Translations under genes and position numbers: made by a program
DNA from: Octopus bimaculoides
Taxonomy: Eukaryota
Length of the DNA: 33,570 bases
Reading direction: 5' to 3'
Assembly (NCBI RefSeq): GCF_001194135.2
Contig: NC_068984.1
Location: forward strand, 110,751,763 to 110,785,332
The notes under the pieces: generated by a model
Databases searched by the model: none
What the model was told of the DNA's origin: nothing
Seen by the model: only the letters and a program-made list of their open reading frames with translations
Shown here: in pieces, positions 11,843 to 20,599 of the stretch
Position numbering within the stretch: the stretch's first letter is position 1
Layout of the letters: each line of letters opens with the position of its first letter

Positions 11843-12159
11843 TAATGAGGTACAGATAGTAACAGAGAGTAAGGAAGAGGGATGAGGTAAAGAAAGAGAG
11901 ATAGAATGCAACTGTGCTTAAAAGTGTGAAAGAGAGGATAGAGGAAGAAATAAGAAAGAAAAACAAAGATAGTGTGAAATAATGAGATACAGATAGATAG
12001 TGAAAAAGAAGAGAATAAGGAAGAGTGGTGGTGGGGGAGGGGGGAATAGAGCACTAAGCAAATTGGTAAAGAATTCTCTAAGTAACCCTCAGGCACAAAC
12101 TAGTTGTTAATGCCAAAGATAACTACTCTAGACAGGAGTTAAGGTGAGGAGGGAATATT

Positions 12160-12225
12160 ATTATTTTTATTTTTATTTTTATTTTATTTTATTATTTTAT
12201 TTTATTTATTTATTTTATTTCTTTT
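12160..12225. repeat. (TTTTA)n repeat
   Basis: Directly visible. Confidence 0.9.
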
Positions 12226-12469
12226 ATATATATATTCCCACATTCTGAAAATGTTTTTGGACAAAATAATATCAATTTATCCCACTTCAACGCCGCACTG
12301 TTGGCTGGCCATAAGTTGGTGCAAAAGTATGGCCAAGAATATTGAATTGTAAAACACAAGTAAAAAAAAAAAAAGAAAGGGAAAACGTAAAAACAAACAA
12401 ACAAAAAATAATGAGTAGATCGAGAGATGTGAAGTTATCACTCTGTGTATTTATATGATTACGAAATAC

Positions 12470-12585
12470 ATATGTGTATGTGTGTGTGTATGTATGTGCA
12501 TGCGTATGTGTGTGTATGTATGTGCATGTGTATGTGTGTGTGTAAGTGCATGCGTATGTGTGTGTATGTATGTGCATGCGTATGA
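12470..12585. repeat. Higher-order TG/TATG repeat (tatgtgtgtgtatgtatgtgcatgcg-like, about 4 units)
   Basis: Directly visible. Confidence 0.8.
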
Positions 12586-12622
12586 GAGTTTATATTATGT
12601 CGTTGTTGTCATTGCTTAGCCT

Positions 12623-12750
12623 CAGGCATGGCCATGTGATTAAGAAGTCTGGCTTCTAATCACATGGCTCTAGGTTCAATCCTTCTGCACAGCATAGCAA
12701 TTTAGGGAGGGTCTTGACACCATAATTTTGAGTCAATCAAAGTCTTTTGA
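12623..12750 (+). mobile_element. SINE family A, degenerate 5' head
   Basis: ggcatggccatgtgattaagaagtctggcttctaatcacatggctctaggttcaatcc aligns to the head of the better copies at 14028 and 25663. Confidence 0.55.
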
Positions 12751-12807
12751 TTAAAGGTAGCAATTAAAAAGAAAAAGAAAAAGAAAATCTGATGGTCTAT
12801 ATTTTTA

Positions 12808-12940
12808 TCTTTTACTTGTTTCAATTAATGAACTGCGGCCATGCTGGGGCACCTTCTTGAAGAATTTTAGTCAAATGACTTAACCTCAGAACTTTCTTTT
12901 TTTAAGCCTCACACTTATTGTATCTATCTCTTTTGCTGTC
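12808..12940 (-). mobile_element. SINE family A, 3' end (older variant)
   Basis: cttttacttgtttcaattaatgaactgcggccatgctggggcacc is the reverse complement of the family A tail. Confidence 0.65.
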
Positions 12941-12941
12941 T

Positions 12942-13296
12942 GAAGGCACGTGGTTCAGTTGGTGAAAGTACATGTCTCAGTGGTTAGAGTGTCAGACTCA
13001 CAGTCATGAGGTAGTGAGTTCGATTCCTGAACTGGGCTGTATGTTTTGTTCGTGAGCAAGACATTTTATTTCACGTTGCTCCAGTTCACTCAGCTGTAGA
13101 AATGAGTTGTGACATCATTGGTGCCAAGCTGTATTGGCCCTTGCCTTTCCCTTGGATGACATTGTTGGCATGGAGAGGGATAGCTGGTATGCATGGGTGA
13201 TTGTTGGTCTTCCATAAACAAACTTGCTTGGACTTGTGCCTCAGAGGCTAACTTTCTAGGTATAATCCCATGGTTATTCGTGACTGGAGGGATTAC
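12942..13296 (+). mobile_element. tRNA-derived CORE-type SINE (family D), near full length
   Basis: Box A ctcagtggttagag, box B gagttcgattcc and CORE-like gagcaagacattttatttcacgttgctccagttcactcagctgtagaaatgagt. A homologous copy lies on the minus strand at 26221-26537. Confidence 0.85.
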
Positions 13297-13370
13297 ACTT
13301 GCTCTCTTTTGCTGCACTAATAATGGGGACACAAATACACCAACACTAGATGTCAAGTGGTGGTGTGGGA

Positions 13371-13421
<51 letters not shown>

Positions 13422-13518
13422 TTACACACGCTTAAACACATACGCCTATATAATATTAGATCTAATAGAAACACTTTGCTCATATTGGCAAATATACACT
13501 ATGCTACTCTTACATAAT

Positions 13519-13576
13519 GAAGGTGCATGGCTCAGTGGTTAGAGTTTCAGGCTCACAATCATGAGGTAGTGAGTTT
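13519..13576 (+). mobile_element. SINE family D, tRNA head only
   Basis: gaaggtgcatggctcagtggttagagtttcaggctcacaatcatgaggtagtgagtt matches the head at 12942. Confidence 0.75.
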
Positions 13577-13690
13577 AGTCAACCTGAAGCCATTGTAGAA
13601 GACACTTGCTTAAGGTGCCATACAGTGGGACTGAACTCAGAATCATGTGGTTGGGAAGCAAATTTCTTACCAGACAGCCACACCTGCATT
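13577..13690 (-). mobile_element. SINE family A, 5' head
   Basis: The reverse complement reads gcaggtgtggctgtctggtaagaaatttgcttcccaaccacatgattctgagttcagtcccactg. Confidence 0.8.
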
Positions 13691-13819
13691 AAAATTTTGT
13701 TACTCAATGTTAAAATTTGTTATTTGATTGTCCTATTTAGCAGCAGCACTAGGTCCTTTGGTCCATTTTACAGAAAACCCACTCATCTGTTGTAAGAATT
13801 CAATCTCTGAAAGGCATAA

Positions 13820-13915
13820 ATGTGTGATTAAGAAGTCTGCCTCCCAATCTCCTGTTTTGGGTGTGACCCTTTTTTGTGGCATTTTCAACAAATTTCTTCA
13901 ACTATAGCATTCCGT
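13820..13915 (+). mobile_element. SINE family A, highly degenerate head
   Basis: tgtgtgattaagaagtctgcctcccaa...gtggcattttcaacaaatttcttcaactatagc aligns loosely to the family A head. Confidence 0.45.
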
Positions 13916-14027
13916 CAGTTCAGATGTGACACTTTTAGGATTCCAACGACACAAATTCCATGTCATTTTATTCCTTTCAGCAATTTGTTATGATTGCAGG
14001 TGTTGATTTTCAACTTGTCATATGAAA

Positions 14028-14525
14028 CCATTGTGTGGTAAGTAGCTTGCTTACCAACCACATGGTCCCGGGTTCAGTCCCACTGCGTGGCATCTTGGGC
14101 AAGTGTCTTCTACTATAGCCTTGGGCCGACCAAAGCCTTGTGAGTGGATTTGGTAGACGGAAACTGAATGAAGCCCGTTGTATATATGTATATATATATT
14201 TGTATGTGTGTNNNNNNNNNNCCAAAGCCTTGTGAGTGGATTTGGTAGACGGAAACTGAATGAAGCCCGTTGTATATATGTATATATATATTTGTATGTG
14301 TGTATGTGTTTCTGTGTCTGTGTTTGTCCCCCCAACATCGCTTGACAACCGATGCTGGTGTGTTTATGTCCCCGTAACTTAGCGGTTCGGTAAAAGAGAC
14401 CGACAGAGTAAGTACTAGGCTTCTAAAGAATAAGTCCTGGGGTCGATTTGCTTGACTAGAGGCGGTGCTCCAACATGGCCACAGTCAAATGACTGAAACA
14501 AGTAAAAGAGAGTAAAGAGTAAGGA
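14028..14525 (+). mobile_element. tRNA-derived SINE family A (octopus OR-type), near full length, with internal (TA)/(TG) microsatellite
   Basis: tgtggtaagtagcttgcttaccaaccacatggtcccgggttcagtcccactgcgtggc head, CORE-like ccttgggcaagtgtcttctactatagcc, and tail gactgaaacaagtaaaagag. Many homologous copies occur in the window. The family name is from recall only. Confidence 0.9.
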
Positions 14526-14542
14526 GTGTAATATTGTATTCC

Positions 14543-14547
<5 letters not shown>

Positions 14548-14581
<34 letters not shown>

Positions 14582-15186
14582 CCTTATTCAGTAGTTTTAT
14601 TTTTATAATGTGCTTTCACTTCACTACCGAGCACAGCTCTGTGCGCCTTGGATATGTGCTGTGGTTTGTTGTAATNNNNNNNNNNCACAGCTCTGTGCGC
14701 CTTGGATATGTGCTGTGGTTTGTTGTAATGCTCTTATGTTTACTGTATTGAAAGTGTTTTGCATAGGATGTGTGCAGTGCCCAGTAGTGCAATTTTCTGT
14801 ATTTTATATATACTTGCAAGTCCTGGTGTTTTTGTTATGTATTTGTCTGAATACTTTTTTATTATACTTAAGGCACCTACTATGATAGGAATTGTTTCTG
14901 TTTTTAGATTCCACATTCGAGTTACCTCCATTTCCAGGTCTTTGTATTTTGAAAGTTTCTCCATTTCTTTTAGAGAAACGTTGTCATTTACTGGTATTAA
15001 TACATCAATTAGAAAGCATTTTTTTCTTCATGATCATTGACAACTATATCTGGTCTATTGGCCTTATCTGTGTGTATTGGCATATCCCATAGTGTGGTTG
15101 CTTTCTCGTTTTCTGTGACCTTTCCTGGCATGTGCTTATACCATCTTTTTTCTGTTGTTATTCCATAGTGTTGGCATAGCTTTCAG

Positions 15187-15187
<1 letters not shown>
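14548..15187 (-). mobile_element. R4/Dong-clade LINE 3' fragment (restriction-like endonuclease domain, 3' UTR, TAA tail)
   Basis: The minus strand translates as KLCQHYGITTEKRWYKHMPGKVTENEKATTLWDMPIHTD..KANRPDIVVNDHEEK..FLIDVLIPVNDNVSLKEMEKLSKYKDLEMEVTRMWNLKTETIPIIVGALSII...IQKIALLGTAHILCKTLSIQ*. This contains the RPD..D..EK RLE motif and the typical R4/Dong C-terminus, with small indels. Confidence 0.88.
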
Positions 15188-15221
<34 letters not shown>

Positions 15222-15223
<2 letters not shown>

Positions 15224-15452
15224 GGTGATGAGCTGGCAGAATTATTAGCATGCTGGGTGAAATGCTTAGCTGTATTTCACCCATTGCTACATTCTGAGTT
15301 CAAATTCTGCCGAGGTTGCCTTTGCCTTTCATCCTTTCAGGGTCGATAAATTAAGCATCAGTGAACCACTGGGATCGATGTAATCAACTAGTCCCCTCCC
15401 TACAAAATTTCAGACCTTGTTCCTTTAATAGAAAGGATTATTCTTATTATTA
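15222..15452 (+). mobile_element. tRNA-derived SINE family C, copy 1, (ATT)n tail
   Basis: gagctggcagaattattag (box A), gagttcaaattc (box B), CORE-like ctttgcctttcatcctttcagggtcgataaattaag, and tail tagaaaggattatt. Confidence 0.8.
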
Positions 15453-15454
15453 CT

Positions 15455-15682
15455 AAGGTGACAAGCTGGCAGAATTGTTAACATGCTGGACGAAATGCTT
15501 AGCTGTATTTCCCCCATCGCTATGTTCTGAGTTCAATGTCTGTCAAGGTCGATTTTGCCCTTCATCCTTTCAGGGTCAATAAAATAAGTATCAATTGAGT
15601 ATTGGGGTCAATGTTATCGATTATCCCCCTCCCCCATATTTCAGGCTTTGTGCCTATACTAGAAAGGATTATTATTATTATT
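15455..15682 (+). mobile_element. SINE family C, copy 2 (head-to-tail with copy 1)
   Basis: Homologous to 15222-15452 and 18899-19086. Confidence 0.8.
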
Positions 15683-15785
15683 AACAAGAACAATAATAAT
15701 ATGTAGAGAGATAGAATTTGACCATAATGATAAGTGATATGAACATGAATCTAGCAAAGTGCTAATTAGTAAGAAATATAAGACA

Positions 15786-16205
15786 TCATGGGATTTTAAC
15801 AAACTGTAATAGAAGCGAGAAAGCCTGATTGGAATAAAGGGAATAGAAGGGGCCAGGTAATTGATTTTGCAGTCCTAAATGATGAAAAAGTCAGTATGAG
15901 AAGTATAGAGAAAATAGTAAAATACCTGGATCTAGCCATTGAATTAAACAGGCTATGGTAAATGCAGGTAAAATGTATCCCTGTAATTATAGGTTTATTA
16001 GAAAATATTCCTAAAGATTTGAACAAATGAATAGAGGAAATAAGTATAAAGCCTAGTTTAGTGCAGCTCCAGAATACAGTGTTATTAGGGACACCTAGGA
16101 TACTTAGAAAGGTTCTTAGCAGTTAAAAGTTAATTGTTGTAGCCTGTCATTAGGAAATTTTCTTTTTCAATAGTTTATCCTATTGTGTGTGAATGAAATA
16201 ATAAT
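15786..16205 (+). mobile_element. R4/Dong-clade LINE 3' fragment, second lineage
   Basis: 15809-16126 translates as IEARKPDWNKGNRRGQVIDFAVLNDEKVSMRSIEKIVKYLDLAIELNRLW*MQVKCIPVIIGLLENIPKDLNK*IEEISIKPSLVQLQNTVLLGTPRILRKVLSS*, with two in-frame stops. It is followed by a taataataa tail. Confidence 0.82.
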
Positions 16206-16209
16206 AACA

Positions 16210-17530
16210 AGACAAGGTACCTGAAAAATCTTGAAGAACAAACAATCGTTGAATGGATCAAATCCAAAATATGGACATGAATGAATGCAGTCATCATCCT
16301 AAGATTCACAATAGTAAAGATAATGACAAAATAATTTGGTAGGTTCAGTCCCACTGCCTGGTACTTTGGGCAAGTGTCACCTACTATAGCCTTGGGCCGA
16401 CCAAAGCCTTGTGAGTGGATTTGGTAGACAGAAACTGAAAGAAGCCATATATATATGTGTTTGTGTGTCTGTGTTTGTCCCTCCAACATTGCTTGACAAC
16501 CGATGCTGGTGTGATCAGCAAGATAGGTCGATAGAATAAGTACTAGGCTTACAAAGAATAAGTCCTGGGGTCTATTTGCTCGACTAAAGGTGGTGCTCCA
16601 GCATGGCCGCAGTCAAATGACTGAAACAAGTAAAAGAGTAAAAGAGAGTAAAAGAGATGAACACGGCCATCAAATTGAAATGAAAATTGAAAATGAAATA
16701 AGCATCGCATCCTTGAACAAGGTACTCTATGCTGTTACTACAGTCTGCACCAAACTGTGTGGCGTAAAACAGAGAAAGAGAGTGGCGAATTCTCATAAAA
16801 GACTGATGTACCAAGAAAAGAATCGAGAAACAAATCATTGATCTCAATATGATATACAAACATTGATTATCTTAAGCAACACTCATGCTATAAAGCCATC
16901 TAAGAAGAGAAAGATGATGTGGAAGTATGATTTGAAGTTAGACATCACGTTGCTGAAGCAATGGAAAAGTTAAAGCAAAAAGCGTAGACCAAACCTGCAC
17001 ATATGCGCCACTTTTGAAAATGATCCAGGTTCTTTGAAGATAGTAGCATGTTTGAAAATAATCCAAAGAGATTCTAAAGGCATATTGGAAAGAACACCAT
17101 CAAAATAGAAGTTGCTTCAGAGCATGAATTATTGTAGTTCAAGGGGAAAATTTGGGCAGATGAAAGGGAGCACAACTTTGATGTGCCATGGATTAATAGA
17201 CAAAAAGAAGACACTGAGGTTATAGAGGAGCAAATATGGGAAGTGACAAGTGTAGAAAATACCAAACTAACATGAAAAAAATCCAGTAAATGGAAGTCAC
17301 CTGGCATGGATAACATCCCAAACTATCAGCTTGACATGTTTATAAACTCATACAAGAAACTACCTTGTTACAATGCAATTATGAAGGAACTGCAGACAAC
17401 CCCAGGATGGCTAGACAATGGTATCACTTTTTCACTCCCCAAAAATGATGAAACAAAATACTTTAAAAACTATACGTCCATAATTTGCTATGCAACAATG
17501 TACAAAACCCCAATATCTCTGATGTCCTGA
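16210..17530 (+). mobile_element. R4/Dong-clade LINE internal fragment (pre-RT region and RT N-terminus), split by a SINE
   Basis: Degraded translation includes SLNKVLYAVTTVCTKLCGVK, EKLKQK, FENNPKRF, KSSKWKSPGMDNIPNY and TPGWLDNGITFSLPKNDETKYFKNYTSIICYATMYK. These correspond to the KSPG.D / W..G....LPK / KNYRPI.C RT entry motifs. Confidence 0.75.
16342..16656 (+). mobile_element. SINE family A, 5'-truncated, inserted in the R4-like LINE
   Basis: Starts at ggttcagtcccactg and ends at gaaacaagtaaaagagtaaaagagagtaaaagag. Confidence 0.88.
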
Positions 17531-17551
17531 AATAGGAAAATTTTGTCTCAG

Positions 17552-17654
17552 ATACAAGACGAACGCACATCATCGCAAGGAATGCACAGAAAGACAGTTT
17601 TGTCTACTTCACTACATCACCAGAACCAAACCCAGAGAGAGAGAAGTCCAGGAA
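17552..17654 (+). CDS. Candidate internal exon of an unidentified gene
   Basis: Acceptor ttttgtctcag|, donor |gtaagt, 103 nt, stop-free in all three frames and more GC-rich than its flanks. No protein family recognised. Confidence 0.25.
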
Positions 17655-17869
17655 GTAAGTTTAGAAATAAACTAACAAATAAACTTAGCCCCTGGCTGGA
17701 ACCAGTAAAAGATAAAAGTTAAAAGATGTATTTAAAAATCAGTGTGTTGTGGAAGGTTATAGCAATGTAGATCGAATATTAAATGTCAATAATAACAATT
17801 ACAGAAATATTGACATGTTACCTCAGAAACATTTAATTAGTCTTGATATTTCTAGTAAAATACCTTGTG

Positions 17870-18490
17870 GGTATGTATATATATATGTCTGTGTGTGTAT
17901 ATATATATATGTCTGTATGCATACATACACATATATTTTACAAAATATATGTCTGAACATAAATATGTGTTTGTCCATTTAATCAAGTGTGTATATTTTT
18001 TAAAATCTGTATTTGTTTTTCTCTGTATATATGTATATGTGGATGTGTTTGTATATTAACCAATGAATTGATGTGTCTCTATTGATCTACTTGGATATAT
18101 GTGTGGCAAGTCAAGTATTCATGTGTGTGTCCATGTGTTTGTGTGTGTGTGTGTGTGTTTGTGTGTGCGTGTGTGTACAAATTTATGTTTTTGAATGCGT
18201 AATGTTTCATATCTATTTTTTTAATTCTATTGATTTGTCTAATTGTGTAACCAAAAATTTGAGAGAGATGGAACATGTGTAAATTCATGTAAGTGTATCA
18301 GTTAATACGTATTAATGTATGCCTATCGATACATGTACATCTGTATGAATGAAATTTTGTATATCTGGCATGTGTTTGTTTATGTATGAATGTGAACGTT
18401 TGAGTTCCTGTTCTTGTACATTTACATACATACATACGTACATACATACATACATACATACATACATACATACAGAGGGAGACAGACATG
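17870..18490. repeat. TG/TA/TACA-rich simple-sequence region
   Basis: Directly visible. Confidence 0.8.
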
Positions 18491-18659
18491 CATACCTACA
18501 TACATAAAATATTATGAGAGAAACGAAATGGAATTCACGAGATTCTTTATTATTCACTACCATCATGTCGACCCATCATGCACTGGTACCTCATGGGTGA
18601 GATGCTATACAAACAGTTGTCGTGCATGAATTCCTCACGAAGACGAGTAACACACTATA

Positions 18660-18865
18660 ACTACCAAAATGTATCGAAATAGAAATAAGTGAAACCAATA
18701 ATAATTGATACACTTGGCTTTGTGAGTAAATGTCTAAGTGACAATCTGGATAAGTTAGTGTTTCCAGAAAAAGAAATCAACCAACTAGCACATTACACGT
18801 ACAATCTGTAAGTGGAACAGTATAATTATGCAAAACTTTTCTCAAGTTCAAAATATGACATTATT
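18660..18865 (+). mobile_element. RLE-type (R4/NeSL-like) LINE extreme 3' fragment, third lineage
   Basis: PIIIDTLGFVSKCLSDNLDKLVFPEKEINQLAH, then after a frameshift VQSVSGTV*LCKTFLKFKI*. This parallels the PIIVGALG ... GT..I.K.L C-terminus of the other RLE fragments. Confidence 0.6.
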
Positions 18866-18898
18866 CTTTTTTTTTTGATTATTTATATTCCAATGATA

Positions 18899-19086
18899 AA
18901 GGTGGTGAGCTGGCAGAATTGTTAGCACACTGGATGAAATGCTTGGCAGTATTTCGCCCCTTCTGAGTTCAAATTCCGCTGAGGTTGACTTTACCTTTCA
19001 TCCTTTCAGGGTTGATTAAATAAGTACTAGTTACACACTGGGGTCGATGTAATCAACTTACCTCTTCCTTGAAAATTTCAGGCCTT
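18899..19086 (+). mobile_element. SINE family C, copy 3
   Basis: ggtggtgagctggcagaattgttagc...gagttcaaattccgctgaggttgactttacctttcatcctttcagggttg. Confidence 0.8.
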
Positions 19087-19263
19087 ACTCTTTACTTTTT
19101 TACTCTTTTACTTGTTTCAGTCATTTGACTGTGGCCATGCTGGAGCACCGCCTTTAGTCGAGCAAATCAACCCCAGGACTTATTCTTTGTAAGCCTAGTA
19201 CTTATTCTATCGGTCTCTTTTGCCAAACCACTAAGTTATGGGGATACAAACACAAGCACACAA

Positions 19264-19294
<31 letters not shown>

Positions 19295-19574
19295 NNNNNN
19301 NNNNNNNNNNNNNNNNNNNNNNNNNNNNNNNNNNNNNNNNNNNNNNNNNNNNNNNNNNNNNNNNNNNNNNNNNNNNNNNNNNNNNNNNNNNNATATATAT
19401 ATATATATATACGACAGGCTTCTTTCAGTTTCTGTCTACCAAATCCACTCACAAGGCTTTGGTCAGCCCGATGCTATAGCAGAAGACACATGCCCAAGGT
19501 GCCACGGAGTGGGAATGAACCCGGAACCATGTGGTTGGTAAGCAAGCTACTTACCGCACAGCCACTCCTGTGCC
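19087..19574 (-). mobile_element. SINE family A, full length (gap in the internal microsatellite)
   Basis: Reverse complement of the complete family A head, body and tail. Confidence 0.9.
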
Positions 19575-19903
19575 TTGTGCCTATAAAAGAAAGAATTATC
19601 TACATTCCAGTGATGGGGCTTTGTATCTTTGTTTAAAACACCAGATCCTTTCTCAAAGGAAGAATTAAAATAATTAAAAGCAGAAGAGAACATAATACAT
19701 ATATATTTGCTTACAGAGGTGCAGGAGTGGCTGTGTTGTAAGTAGCTTGCTTACCAACCTTATAGCTGGTTCAGTCCCACTGCATGGCACCTTCGGCAAG
19801 TGTCTTCTACTGTAACTGACCAAAGCCTTGTGAGTGGATTTGGTGAACAGAAACTGAAGGAAGTCCATCGTATATATATATATATTGATATAGATATAGA
19901 TAT

Positions 19904-20364
19904 AGTGAGAATTTACAAAAAAACAAAAGTCGAAGATGGGTGTGTAAGCAACAAACAGGAGAAGTGAGAAAGTCTTTTACATTTTGAGCCTACGCTCTTC
20001 AACAGAAAGGAACACAGAAATAAACAGGGAGAGAAAATAAAAAAGGTTTGGTGGCTAGTGATCTATCATGGCGAATGCTGAACAGAGGGGTCACAAAGGA
20101 GAGGGTAGAAGGGAGAAGGTGAGTAGGAGTGAAGAAAGGAAGTAGGTGTCAGAGCAAGAGAGGAGAGGTGGGTCGGAGGAAGTGGGGGTGTGAGGAAGAG
20201 AGGAGAGAGGGGGAGGTTTAGATGAAGAGGTGAGGAGAGTGGAGCCCATGTGGTGCAAAGGAGTAAAGAGAGAAGATTAATCCCTGTTCACGGCGAAGAA
20301 GGGAGTCCAGATGGCCCTTGTGCAAGGACAATCCAAACACAGACAGGTGTTGTAAAGAATGACA
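19904..20364 (-). mobile_element. Penelope-like element 3' fragment (GIY-YIG endonuclease C-terminus and 3' terminal repeat)
   Basis: 20364-20218 translates as CHSLQHLSVFGLSLHKGHLDSLLRREQGLIFSLYSFAPHGLHSPHLFI*, matching the H..H.S..G ... E...IF.L....P.G.N end of PLE endonucleases. A purine-skewed UTR and a hammerhead-like motif follow. Confidence 0.8.
19974..20009 (-). ncRNA. Degenerate minimal type-I hammerhead ribozyme motif
   Basis: CUUU-CUGUUGA-A-GAGC(GUAG)GCUC-AAAAU-GUA-AAAG. Stem I (CUUU/AAAG) and stem II (GAGC/GCUC) are intact, but the catalytic core is mutated. Confidence 0.6.
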
Positions 20365-20599
20365 TATATATTTATATATATGTTTATGTTTGTGTGTCTG
20401 TGTTTGTCCTTTCACCACCACTTGACAACTGATGTTGGTGTGTTTATGTCCCTGTAACTTAGCAGTTCAGCAAAAAGAGGCTGACAGAATAAGTACTAGA
20501 CTTAAAAAGAATAAGTCCTGGGGTCGATTTGTTTGACTAAAGGTGGTGCTCCAGCATGGCCACAGTCAAATGACTGAAACAAATAAGAAAGAATATATA

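Larger units (their letters stand above)
19718..20594 (+). mobile_element. SINE family A split by a Penelope-like insertion
   Basis: The 5' half at 19718-19885 ends in the internal (TA)n. The 3' half resumes at about 20365 (gtttgtgtgtctgtgtttgtcc...gactgaaac). Confidence 0.88.

Noticed and set aside
14130-14303. 82-bp exact direct repeat inside a SINE
   Set aside because: The copies flank a 10-N gap exactly, so this is an overlapping-contig assembly artefact.
14632-14729. 44-bp exact direct repeat in the R4 3' UTR
   Set aside because: Same artefact: identical copies either side of a 10-N gap.
18765-18812. Apparent 40-nt exon (tttccag ... gtaagt)
   Set aside because: It lies within the RLE LINE C-terminal coding remnant, and the splice-like sites are incidental.
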